A stretch of DNA of 64,000 bases from NCBI RefSeq assembly GCF_002113885.1, contig NW_018408658.1, positions 267,972 to 331,971 on the forward strand, written 5' to 3'. The notes beneath the pieces were generated by a model. It was not told the DNA's origin. It worked only from the letters and a program-made list of their open reading frames with translations, and made no database searches. How positions within the stretch are numbered: the first letter of the stretch is position 1; each line of letters begins with the position of its first letter. The position numbers and the translations under genes are program-made. Source of the DNA: Mizuhopecten yessoensis (taxonomy: Eukaryota). Positions 13,501 to 25,300 of this stretch are shown here, piece by piece.

Positions 13501-14310
13501 ACAGTGGCTAAGGAGGACCAGTACCTTACCCGGTCAGTAACTCAGTTCCTGACCTGGTAAGGTACAGGTCCTGCTTAGCCACTGTTCCTTATATGATAGT
13601 TGTCGAACTGGGTTACTGACCTGGTGAGTTACTGTTCCTGCTTAGCCACTGTTCGTGATGCGATAGTGGTCGTACAGAGTTACTTACCCTGTTGAGTTAC
13701 TGGTCCTGCTGAGCCACTGTTCCTGCAGTGATAGTTGTCGAGCTGAGTTACTGACCTGGTCAGGTACTGGTCCTGCTTAGCCGCTGTTCGTGATGTGATA
13801 GTTGTCGACCTGAGTTACTGAAGTTACTGACCTGGTGATGTACTGGTTCTGCTTAGCCACTGTTCCAGCAGTGATAGTTGTCGTACTTAGTTACTGACCT
13901 GGTGAGGTACTGGTCAGTAACTCAGTTCTACAACTATCACATCGCGAACAGTGGCTAAGCAGAACCAGTACCTTACCCGGTCAGTAACTCAGTTCGCCAA
14001 CTATCATATCAGGAACGGTGGCTAAGCAGGACCAATACCTCACCAGGTCAGAACTCAGTACAACAACTATCACATCAGGAACGGTGGCTAAGCAGGACCA
14101 ATACCTCACCAGGTCAGAACTCAGTACAACAACTATCACATCACGATCAGTGGCTTAGCAGGACCAGTACCTCGCCAGGTCAGTAACTCAGATCGACAAC
14201 TATCTCATCACGAACAGTGGCTAACCAGGACCAGTACCTCACTAGGTCAGTAACTCAGTTTGACAACTATCATATCAGGAACAGTGGCTAAGCCGGACCA
14301 GTAACTCATA
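10500..14310. repeat. Satellite sub-array B, 67-bp unit, about 56 copies, with an internal inversion
   Basis: Unit CAGGACCAGTACCTCACCAGGTCAGTAACTCAGTTCGACAACTATCACATCAGGAACAGTGGCTAAG. Essentially identical copies at about 10950-12610; reverse-complement copies at 13549-13915. Confidence 0.97.
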
Positions 14311-14329
14311 AGAATCAGGATCTCACTAG

Positions 14330-16200
14330 GACTAGTACCTCTCCAAGATCTGTAGCTCAAGATGACCAGTAACTCACCAAGATTATCAGTTGCTCACATG
14401 TACCAGTGACTCACAAAGATCTGTAGATCATGATGGTCAGTAACTCCCCAAGATCTGTAGTTCATGATGGTCACTAACTCACCAAGATCATCAGTTGTTT
14501 TCATGTACCAGTAACTCACAACGATCTGTAGATCATGATGGTCAGTAACTCACCAAGATTATCAGTTGCTCACATGTACCAGTAAATCACCAAGATCTGT
14601 AGTTCATGATGGGCAGTAACTCACCGAGATCTGTAGCTCATGATGACCAGAAACTCATGAAGCTCAGTAGCTCTCTGTATCCAGTAACCAATCAGGATCG
14701 GTACCTCACAAGGTTACACCAGTGACACATCAGGACCTGTTACTAGCCACCAGGGCACAGCTGGTCCACAAAACGGTAACCAGTAACTCACCAAGATCCG
14801 TAGTTCATGATGGTCAGTAACTCAACAAGATCTGTATCTCATGAAAACCAGTAACTCACCGAGATCTGTAGCTCATGATGGCCAGTAACTCACCGAGATC
14901 ATCAGTTGCTCGCATGTACCAGTAACTCACCGAGATCTGTAGCTCATGATGACCAGTAACTAATGAAGCTCAGTAGCTCTCTGTATCCAGTAACCAATCA
15001 GGATCGGTACCTCACAAGGTTACACCAGTGACACATCAGGACCTGTTACTAGCCACCAGGGCACAGCTGGTCCACAAAACGGTAACCAGTAACTCACCAA
15101 GATCAGCAGTTGTTTACATGTACCAGTAACTCCCCAAGATCTGTAGTTCATGATGGCCAGTAACTCACCGAGATCTGTAGCTCATGATGGCCAGGTAACT
15201 CAACAAGATCATCAGTTGTTTTCATGTACCAGTAACTCACCGAGATCTGTAGCTCATGATGGCCAGGTAACTCAACAAGATCATCAGTTGTTTTCATGTA
15301 CCAGTAACTCACCGAGATCTGTAGCTCATGATGACCAGAAACTCATGAAGCTCAGTAGCTCACTGTATCCAGTAACCAATCAGGATCAGTACCTCACAAG
15401 GCTACACCAGTGACACATCAGGACCTGTTACTAGCCACCAGGGCACAGCTGGTCCACAAAACGGTAACCAGTAACTCACCAAGATTATCAGTTGCTCACA
15501 TGTACCAGTAAATCACCAAGATCTGTAGCACACGATGACCAGTAACTCACGAAGATCATCAGTTGTTTACATGTACCAGTAACTCGCCAAGATCTGTATC
15601 TCATGAAAACCAGTAACTCACCGAGATCATCAGCTTCTCACATGTACCAGTAACACACCAATATCTGTAGTTCATGATGGTCAGTAACTCACCGAGATCT
15701 GTAGCTCATGATGGTCAGTAACTCACCCAGTTCATCAGTTGCTCACATGGACCAGTAACTCACAAAGATCTGTAGATCATGATGGTCAGTAACTCACCCA
15801 GTTCATCAGTTGCTCACATGGACCAGTAACTCACAAAGATCTGTAGTTCATGATGGCCAGTAACTCACCAAGATTATCAGTTGCTCACATGTACCAGTGA
15901 CTCACAAAGATCTGTAGTTCATGATGGCCAGTAACTCACCGAGATCTGTAGCTCATGATGGTCAGTAACTCCCCAAGATCTGTAGTTCATGATGGCCAGT
16001 AACTCACCAAGATCATCAGTTTCTCACATGTACCAGTATCTCACCAAGATCTGTAGCTCATGATGACCAGTAACTCATGAAGCTCAGTAGCTCACTGTAT
16101 CCAGTAACCAATCAGGATCAGTACCTCACAAGGTTACACCAGTGACACATCAGGACCTGTTACTAGCCACCAGGGCACAGCTGGTCCACAAAACGGTAAT
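14330..16200. repeat. Satellite sub-array C, mosaic of about 34-37-bp units plus a block of about 130 bp repeated four times
   Basis: Units CCAGTAACTCACCAAGATCTGTAGCTCATGATG and CCAGTAACTCACCAAGATCATCAGTTGCTCACATGT. The block GAAGCTCAGTAGCTC...GGTCCACAAAACGGTAA occurs near 14660, 14965, 15348 and 16080. Confidence 0.93.
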
Positions 16201-16847
16201 ATAACTATTAGGACCATTAATTCTGACCAGGTCAGTAGTATATGTAAATTTCCTGATCCTATATTTCCAACCGTGGATAATAAAACTACACTATTATACC
16301 TAATGATACTTCACCAATAAATCCTCGCTAGATCGAAAACTGGGTCACCGTCATTACCTTTAAAAAGACTGACAGGTCAAAAACTCGGTACACGAAACCA
16401 AAGATAAGAGCCTTAGGTAAAACACATACATATGTAACGCAGCACACAAATAAGGAGGTCAAAATATTGGTACAGCCGGGCTCTTCAGATTAAGACTGTG
16501 TTAGACGTTTGAGAGCAACTGTCCTTAGCACTTAAAGAATGCTGGCTGCGTTGACTAAGCTTTAAGGTTGTTATTGCCTGCAACGTAAATCCTACACCCT
16601 ACCAGGGGTGCATGGTAGCTTGGTTAAATCCTATAGGTGTAAAATGTAAAGAAAAAATAGCAATATGTTTCTATGTAAATATACTTCTCGCAGATAGGTT
16701 GAACTGAAAACGATAAGTATTTCAAATCTTAAGTTTAAATCACATATATTTATGTGGCGCACTCTTTGAACTGTAAAACATACATCGGCATGTTTAAATA
16801 TGGAAGCATATATTCGATGTTTATTCAACCGAAGCTCTTCTTAACTT

Positions 16848-16908
16848 GATTATGTGATAAAAGGGATCTTACACTCGTTTGTATTTCATGTGAAATGTAT
16901 GATACTCG
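16848..16908. repeat. Dispersed repeat fragment (second copy at 61831-61892)
   Basis: GATTATGTGATAAAAGGGATCTTACACTCGTTTGTATTTCATGTGAAATGTATGATACTCG aligns by eye to 61831-61892. Confidence 0.75.
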
Positions 16909-18335
16909 GATCCTATATTAATAGATTCTACTCAACTTGTAATTTGGCTTTACATTGTCATTAGTCTAACACATGTATTGTTTGACTAAAATCACTTTTT
17001 CATTTTTGAATAGGGTTTAGGGATTTTGATTTCTGGAAAAAAACCCAATATCTGACAATTACACTAAAGGTTAGACGACCGAATTTAAAATTCGTTTTTT
17101 TTTTTACCCCAACCCAATAGTATTTGCAATTGAATGAGTCACATCTGAAGGTTCAAAACAAGCAGCTTCGATAGTTCATACTGAGTGTAAGAAGGGAATG
17201 TGAAATATCAATGCTGTGGTATCTTTAGTACTTCTATAGTTAAAATTACTCCTTTTACTCCTTTTGTTAAACACAAGAATCACAATGTCCACATTGGAAT
17301 CGTCTGAGTGATGACTGTTAAAGGCGAATGCTTTAATGGAATGGAATTTGCAAACTACTATTCTACATTGTATATCATACAACAGAATAATCTCCAGCAT
17401 GCTTTTGATTCTAAAACTTGGCTTATTTTGAATGAATGTGAAATATATATTTGAATAAGTTTTAAATGTATCTTTTTCTTTCATTTCCGTGTGTGTAAGA
17501 TAGAGCTGTCCATGGTAAGAAAGGGGTGTAGGGAATTTCTTTATCATCTATATACTACCTAATAGCACCTACCGGTAGCATACTAAATTCATTAGCATTA
17601 GTGGTCAGTATGAGAAGAAGTTGAGAACGACTTGAGAACAACTTGAGAAAAACTTGGGAACGTATTTTCCTCAAAAAAGAACGTCTGCTCGCGCCAGATG
17701 ACGTCCGAAACCGGAAATAGTGTCCACACAAAGGTGATCCGTGTAAGGAAATAGTCCGTCATAAACATATCAACACAATGTTACGGAAAAATATTGTGAG
17801 AATGTGCATATGGAAAAGCCAATGACGATAGGATCATATAGTATTTGCAGTGTATGTCGTTCGACTAATTTTCTCATCGCTCGCACATAGATAAAATTTC
17901 GAGTCCACCTGCAGTGGCCTCCCGGTTTTTTCAACGTGCTCGCGATGAGAAAAATTATCGGGTTCTCACGACAAACCCTGAAAATGCAGTGTGATAATCT
18001 ATAAATCTTACACCCCATTTCACGTGACGTGACGTCACAATGGCTCAACAATGACGTGACGTCACGAATTCCATTGCCGCAATGCGAAAAAGGTGACGTG
18101 ATGAAATTAAAACCATTCACAAGATATTAACCGTAAATATCAGAAAGATGATTTTTTTTGCACAAGCCTTGTTTGCGAATACGAGGTACTATATGATTCG
18201 TTTTCATCTAAATGGCTCAGGGGAAAGATTAATATTTACAAAATGGTAGCCAGTTCGATCGCATTTTCATACTTTCTGAGCTTATTTTGGTAGTTCAAAT
18301 GAGAGAAAAATACTCTTTCATACCCAAGGATGTAA

Positions 18336-18428
18336 GATAGGGAAATTCCACTTTTGGTATTTTCAAATTTGGCAAAACCCCTCGGGTTTTACCAAATTTG
18401 AAAACCCCTCGGGTGGAATTTCCCTATC
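18336..18428. repeat. Nested palindrome, probably the internal hairpin of a non-autonomous DNA transposon
   Basis: GATAGGGAAATTCCAC...TTTTCAAATTTGGCAAAACC / GGTTTTACCAAATTTGAAAA...GTGGAATTTCCCTATC. Confidence 0.7.
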
Positions 18429-18973
18429 CCATACCATTACGGTTGCACTGGAAATTATATTTATTTATATAAAACTACTTTATATGAAAACTACAAAAGG
18501 TATAGGTTAGAATACCTTTCAAAGATCTTAAAGTCTATGGATCAGGAAAGATAACTCTAGGTCGACATATTCACGCATAATTATACTGCAATGTTCCTTT
18601 AAACAACCCTATGCCATTTTGTTCCCATTAGTACATTAGTACTACCAGTACTTGTCACGCTGTAATAATGCTGAAGGAAGTTGTGGCCATACTAATGCTT
18701 TGACTGGATAACGTAGCACATCGATCGTATTATGAATAGAGTAAAGACCTAAATAAAATTCAAGCAATATAAGGTACTCTACTTACCTTAAGTGATCAGC
18801 TATTACACACGCGCCTTCGGGTACAAATGTAAATAATACACTAAATTTGAAATAAGTCCGAACAACTTTCCGGAAAAAAACAACAATACAGGCAAAAGTA
18901 ACACGGTGAGTTAAAAATAGATAGTGTATATAAGTAAGTGAAATCCCAAATAAATGCCTGTTTTATGGTGGGT

Positions 18974-18978
<5 letters not shown>

Positions 18979-19017
<39 letters not shown>

Positions 19018-19036
19018 TGGGTGTGTGTGTGTGTGT
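18979..19036. repeat. (GT)n microsatellite
   Basis: Direct GT run with two interruptions. Confidence 0.97.
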
Positions 19037-20204
19037 TCATGTTTATATAATGTTACAGCAGCTTCTAGGTGTCTCGGAGCCTAAATAATATTACACTAGG
19101 TGCAGCAAAGCAGGTCTAAGCCAATCAAATTGCAGAACAGTAACTGTTGTAAGTCATATCCTGCAGTAATAATAAATATAACTGTCTTGCTAAATAATGA
19201 AGCACTCATAACATTATTATACTTGGGTAACTACAAGATACTGCAGTAAATCAAGGTATTTAGAGAAAGATTAATGTTCGCGGTCTTATTTGAGAAACTG
19301 GTTAGCGTATTTTAATCTCCCGGTAGTAAAAATTCGATGTGTATTAAGTATTGGTGAATAAAAACCATATTACAGAGTTCCTGAAATACAGTGCATGCAG
19401 AGATAACATTATTTCTTTCGCGTCGTTTTATTACGTTTCGTCACATATATAATATATATATATGGGCAAAGAAGTAATAACGACAGTGCAGACAAAGACA
19501 TTTTTCAAATTTTCAGGGCGATCTGCCTCTTTATCAGGACAGGAAAATGACAATTTACATATCACAGCATGGCCCAGAGAAAAACAATCACACTGAGACA
19601 ATAACATATTACAAAATACATAAACAAACAGAAGTTACAAATTAAATATGCCGTTGTAATTGCATATCCCCTCAACGCAGCTTTTAGCAGGATACTTCAT
19701 TCATTCATATCTTTATTCCTCCATAATTGAAGAGCTTCATGTATATATATGCATAATGAATAAATAGTGAGTTAGAACAGAAAAACGTTCACAAAAGAAA
19801 TCAATATGACCAAAAAAGTAGAATTAATTCATTGACAGTAAATGTGCTGCATATAAAGTTACTCGAGGAAAAGAGGGATAACAAAAAATAAAATAAAATA
19901 TCAAAAAGATGCCACATTACGAAACATTATAGCTTTTTAACAGCAAATAAGCATATGATATGTTCAGGATTGCAGCAAACATTATTGAAATGTTAAATCT
20001 GACACTTTGATAATAAACGAAAAACAGTCCAATCTAAACGATATTAGGTCTTTTTCTTTAGTAAACAACTCTTGCAGTTCTAAAGGGCAAAGTAGTAATA
20101 AAACAATCACGTTATAAAGTGTCAACATATACATATACAGCAACTGGATAATGATTCACAAATTTAGTAAGAAAAACATCCCGTAGATCTACAATATCGG
20201 GATG

Positions 20205-21110
20205 GCGACAGGCAGGGAAATTCTATCTCCTCCCCAAGATCCACAAAGCTAGTAATCCTGGTAGACCTATCATCTACTCGACCATCCCACATATTTTTTT
20301 TTCTTAAAGTTCATTGACTTCCACCTGAGGCCCCATGCAGAAAAACTTCCATCCTACTTAAAAGACACTACAGACTATATCAACAAGACACCATTTAGTA
20401 ATCTACCTGATGATACATTCTTGGTATCCATGGATGTTGTAACCCTCTACACCAATATCCCACACGAGGACGGCATCTTAGCATGCCCTGCTGCGTGGAA
20501 CACACGGGATACCAAACATCCTTCTACAGACAGTCTGGTAGAACGTTTGAGGCCTGTTCTCACGTTGAACAATTCCACATTCAATGGGTAAACACTACTT
20601 GCAGGTCATTGGTACGGTCATGGGCACCATCATCCGCCAACGTGTTTATGGGACACTTGGATTTCAGGCTACTTGCAGCTTCCCCCTCGAAACCACTCAG
20701 CTGGCTAAGATTCATTGATGACATCGAGATTAAGTGGACACTCGTATCCGGTTGGGATTCCATTGAGGAGTTCATTAGTTTTGCGAACGAGTTTCACAGG
20801 ACACACAAGTTTTCAGCTCGGAAGAAAACAACACCTTTCTGGACACGTGATCCACACTCACTAAGGGAGAAATAAGCACAGATCTATATTGCAAACCTAC
20901 TGACACCCATCAGTACCTCCTATCCTCCAGTTGTTACCAACCACATACAACAAAAAGTATCCCATAATCCCGAGCGCTGAGAAGAAGACGCATTGTCTCA
21001 GATGATGCGGTATTCTCAGAGCGCTGTGCGGATCTTATGTCCCATCTACGATGCAGGGGATACACAGCAACTCTAATAGATCACGAAATCGACAGAGTCA
21101 AGCAAATGGT
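20205..21110 (+). mobile_element. Penelope-like retroelement, decayed reverse transcriptase
   Basis: Frameshifted motifs [57 protein letters not shown] and TDLYCKPTDTHQYL, which are diagnostic of Penelope-like RT. Confidence 0.92.
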
Positions 21111-22696
21111 GAGGGCGGGTTTAATTTCATTTTCAAATATACATGTACTACACATGCCAATCCCCTCTTTGTCAAACATCCAAGTTGAAAATGCTTAAGG
21201 CATACTTCGAATGATTATTCAATACTTTCGTGTATATCATTTAATGAGAAACACAGCCATGTCCAAAAGAAAGCATACTACTTTCATTCTTAACATTATT
21301 AAGTATGTACTCTTTTGTAAACTGTACCCTATTCCTATTGCGTTTACTAATTATGTTGTAAACTTATTTTGCCTTACCGTCTCTTTGAATTTGCATTGCT
21401 TATCTTATTTATCATTGTAACTACACTATTCTGTTTGTAAAATCTTCTTAATGGTGGAATTAAGAGAATAATGATAATAATAATACTGTGTCGACATTGC
21501 ACGCTTGTCTTAAGATAAAATGTTTCTTCTATTGAAATAAAAACGAGTCATCGACAGCATCCTCGACCGGAGCTATTCATTCAACCAACCCGACCCCCCA
21601 CTTAAAATCGGAACTTTTATATGCAATTTGAATGTAAAGCACTTGTACAATATTTTATTAAAATGGTACATAGCAAGATTTACGTAGACAATAATTAAGC
21701 ATGAAGGCCGAGGTCTTCATAAAAATAGTTCACCGGATTTAAAACACGTCAATCTCGTTTGATAACTAATGCAACTGAATGCAACAAAATGACATTATCT
21801 GAATTTCATAACTTACATGTACCTAGTAGGTCACGCGGAGCTTAATTTATCCTTATATTCAGGGAGACATCTATAACGGGAGGATGGATTGAGACGTTAC
21901 GCCAATACTGTAGTTTATGTTTCATGACGTCAGTGTTTATAGATCGTAGGGCCTATTTATGTCATTTTAACTGTTTTTTTCACTGGATTGACACGATTTG
22001 GACAAGCTAACAAGGCGTTCAATCCAGTAATGTTATTTTGGCAAATGCCTAAATTTCATAACATCGGTATGATCAGTTAGGTTAGGAGATGCAGACAGCC
22101 ATTTGGGGTTGTTCCAACATACCAGTCGACCAGGACAAAAATAACGCAGCGACTTTTATTAGAGACTTTATTTCACTTCAGTTAGAAAATAGACATAGAA
22201 GTTATCATATTTAAAATAATAAACCATCCATCAATTTCAATTCAGGCACTTGAAAGCACTTGTACTTGTCTAAAGCGAATAGAGGCATCGTGTTGGCAGT
22301 ACTATACTTACCAAGTCGGGCAATACGTGCGACACTGTACATAATATCGCAACATGACCTTAGGAAATATAAAAAAATATTGGATGTTTCCAAAACAAAC
22401 AATTAATAACAATGGCATCATTGTCAGCAGAACAATGGTACGATGATGCGTATAATAGTTTGTACCTAATATAGTTTACTGATTGAAAAATAGGCGATGT
22501 ATAGTAGTAAATAGTGACAAAAGGAAAATTGTAAAATATTGAGTTTAACAATTTTGTATAATATTAAAACATCTGGTTCCGTAAAAAGACATCAAAAATT
22601 TAAAACATATTAAAAATGATATTTGCTACATTGCATGACAAAGACATATACCATCAATATAACACTATGAACGACAGAGTGAACACTTGTGGCGTG

Positions 22697-23676
22697 CCAT
22701 CCTCAATATCCACGGGTTACGCTCACTTTCGCTCTCTGCACCCATGGAATCATCTTCGATATCCACGGGTTACGCTCACTTTCGCTCTCTGCACCCCTAG
22801 AATCTTCCTCGATATCCACGGGTTACGCTCACTTTCGCTCTCTTCACCCCTGGATCCACGGGTTACGCTCACTTTCTCTCTCTGCACCCCTGGAATCATC
22901 CTCAATATCCACGCGTTACGCTCACTTTCTCTCTCTGCACCCCTGGAATCATCCTCGATATCCACGGGTTACGCTCACTTTCGCTCTCTGCACCCCTAGA
23001 ATCTTCCTTGATATCCACGAGTTACGCTCACTTTCGCTCTCTGCACCACTGGAATCATCCTCGATAACCAAGGATTACGCTCACTTTCGCTCTCTGCACC
23101 CTTGGACTCATCCTCGATATCCACGGGTTACGCTCACTTTCTCTCTCTGGACCCTTGGAATCATCCTCGATATCCAAGGGTTACGCTCACTTTCTCTCTC
23201 TGCACCCCTGGAATCATCCTCGATATTCACGGGTTATGCTCACGTTCGCTCTCTGCACCCCTAGAATCTTCCTTGATATCCACGAGTTACGCTCACTTTC
23301 GCTCTCTGCACCCCTGGAATCATCCTCGATATCCACGGGTAACGTTCACTTTCGCTCTCTGCACCCCTGGAATAAGTCATAGCAAAGCTGAAGTCTCAAT
23401 GTGCACCACCTTGTTGTTGAGACAAGAAGTCTACTTGGGTCCTTTGATGTAAATCAAAAGATCCCGCGGTCGCGTAATGGTAAAAAATGACAGGCTTTGA
23501 AGTCGGGCGTCGCTCCTTTGTAATCTTCAAAGGATAAGTATCGGTCTTATGATTGTTCAGTTTCTTTTATTACCTGACACCAATCAAATAGCTAGCCGCA
23601 TGCCTTCATTTTTGCTATGACTTATTCCAGGGGTGTAGAGGGTGAAAGTGAGCGTCACTCCTGGTTATCGAGGATG
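22697..23676. mobile_element. MITE with TIRs and an 8-bp target-site duplication; left TIR amplified as a 53-bp tandem array (about 13 copies, 22697-23372)
   Basis: GTGGCGTG at 22689-22696 and 23677-23684. The right end 23604-23677 is the reverse complement of one array unit plus its flank GGAATAAGTCATAGCAAA. Confidence 0.88.
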
Positions 23677-24671
23677 GTGGCGTGTCTAACATAACAACTT
23701 CTCTGCTTACAGCTATATGTTACAAGATGTTCCGTGTGAATATAAATCATCACATTTTTACCTTATATTACGAACCCCTTTTAAAGCATCGATCAGGCCG
23801 ATACAAATGTTTTATTATTTTTTTCCATACAATACCTACGATCTATTCATTCGACAAATTTTTATATAACCATTATCGACAAAATTTAATGTAAGTCTTC
23901 AGGTTGTTTTGTCAGTTAAAAAACACATCACAGGTTATAAACATGCCTAATAATATAATACATTTCTTTCTGGGAGGAATGATGCTGAATAAGTTGGGTT
24001 TATTAAAAGTAACTTGGTACCAGAAAGTAAGTTCATAAAGTTGAATTTTAAAAATATGACATTAAGATAAAGAACACATCACGAAAGTAAATAGAAAAGA
24101 AAATTATATATCAATAAATTCTATATTGTTAAACAACCTCATCCAAGTTTTAACAAAAATACACTTGGTAGGATAACCCTGTTTAGTAGAGCAACGTAAA
24201 TGAACGGTTAGTATATAAAGTAGGTCATGAGCCAAAGAATTAATTAAACATGTGTCATATCAATTAATTCGAATAAGAAGAGGCAAGCTGTATGACATGT
24301 ATTGGAAGGTTGAACTGGATATATATGTGCGAAACATATAATACAGTTAACAGCTGAATTAACGGGAGACAACTCTGGCAGACCTAGGCCCGTGTTACTA
24401 ACACATACATTACAGAAAGCAGCTACCCATTCCACGATAAAACAGATATCTTTTTGTATTTTTTTGTGTGTGTAATAATGTAATTATGTACGTACAACAT
24501 AGGAATAAACGGATCAACATATATTGATTCTGACATATACAGTGTGTCTTACAATGAATTTCCCAAGCAAACTAAATTCATATAAAAATCATTCTGAAAA
24601 ATATATGTGAATCGATCCACAGTGGTATCGTTGACAGCTAATTTATACTGTTTGTTATATATTGCACTTAA

Positions 24672-25300
24672 AAACCTACAGCGACAACACGAGGAAAAAT
24701 ACCCTCATCGTCAACACAGGAGAATAAACTACCCACAGCGTCACCAAACGAGGAAACAAGACCTACAACGTCAACACACAAGATCAAAATACCCTCAGTG
24801 TCAACACACTAAGGACAAATACCCTCCGCGCCAACACACGACGACACAATTCCCTCTGCGTCAACACACCAGAACAAATACCCTCAGCATAAACACACGA
24901 GAACAAATACCCACAGTGTCAACACACGAGGACAACAAAATATTCTCAGTGTCAACATACGAGTACAAATACAGCGCCACCACACGAGGTCAAAATACCC
25001 TCAGCGTCAACACACGAGGTAAAAATACCCTCCGCGTCAACACATGATGTCAAAATACCCTCAGCGTCAACACACGAGGTAAAATTACCATCCGCATCAA
25101 CACATGAGGTCAAAATACCCTCCGCGTCAATACATGAGGACAAAATGTCAAAATACCCTCAGTGTCAACACACGACGACACGATTCCCACAGCGTCAACA
25201 CATGAGGTCAAAATATCCACAGCGTCACCAGACGAGGACAACAAACCCTCAGCATCATCACGTGAGGGCAAATTCCCACAGCGTCAGCACATAACGACAA
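24672..25300. repeat. Degenerate tandem repeat, about 30-bp unit
   Basis: Consensus AAAATACCCTCAGCGTCAACACACGAGGTC, about 20 diverged copies. Confidence 0.88.

Noticed and set aside
10500-14310. CRISPR-like appearance of the regular 67-bp array (and the other arrays)
   Set aside because: Units are contiguous head-to-tail copies with no unique spacers, no cas genes are present, and the context is a spliced animal genome.
22616-23452. ORFs of 71-191 aa across the 53-bp array
   Set aside because: Translations cycle through the frames of a non-triplet repeat derived from a MITE TIR.
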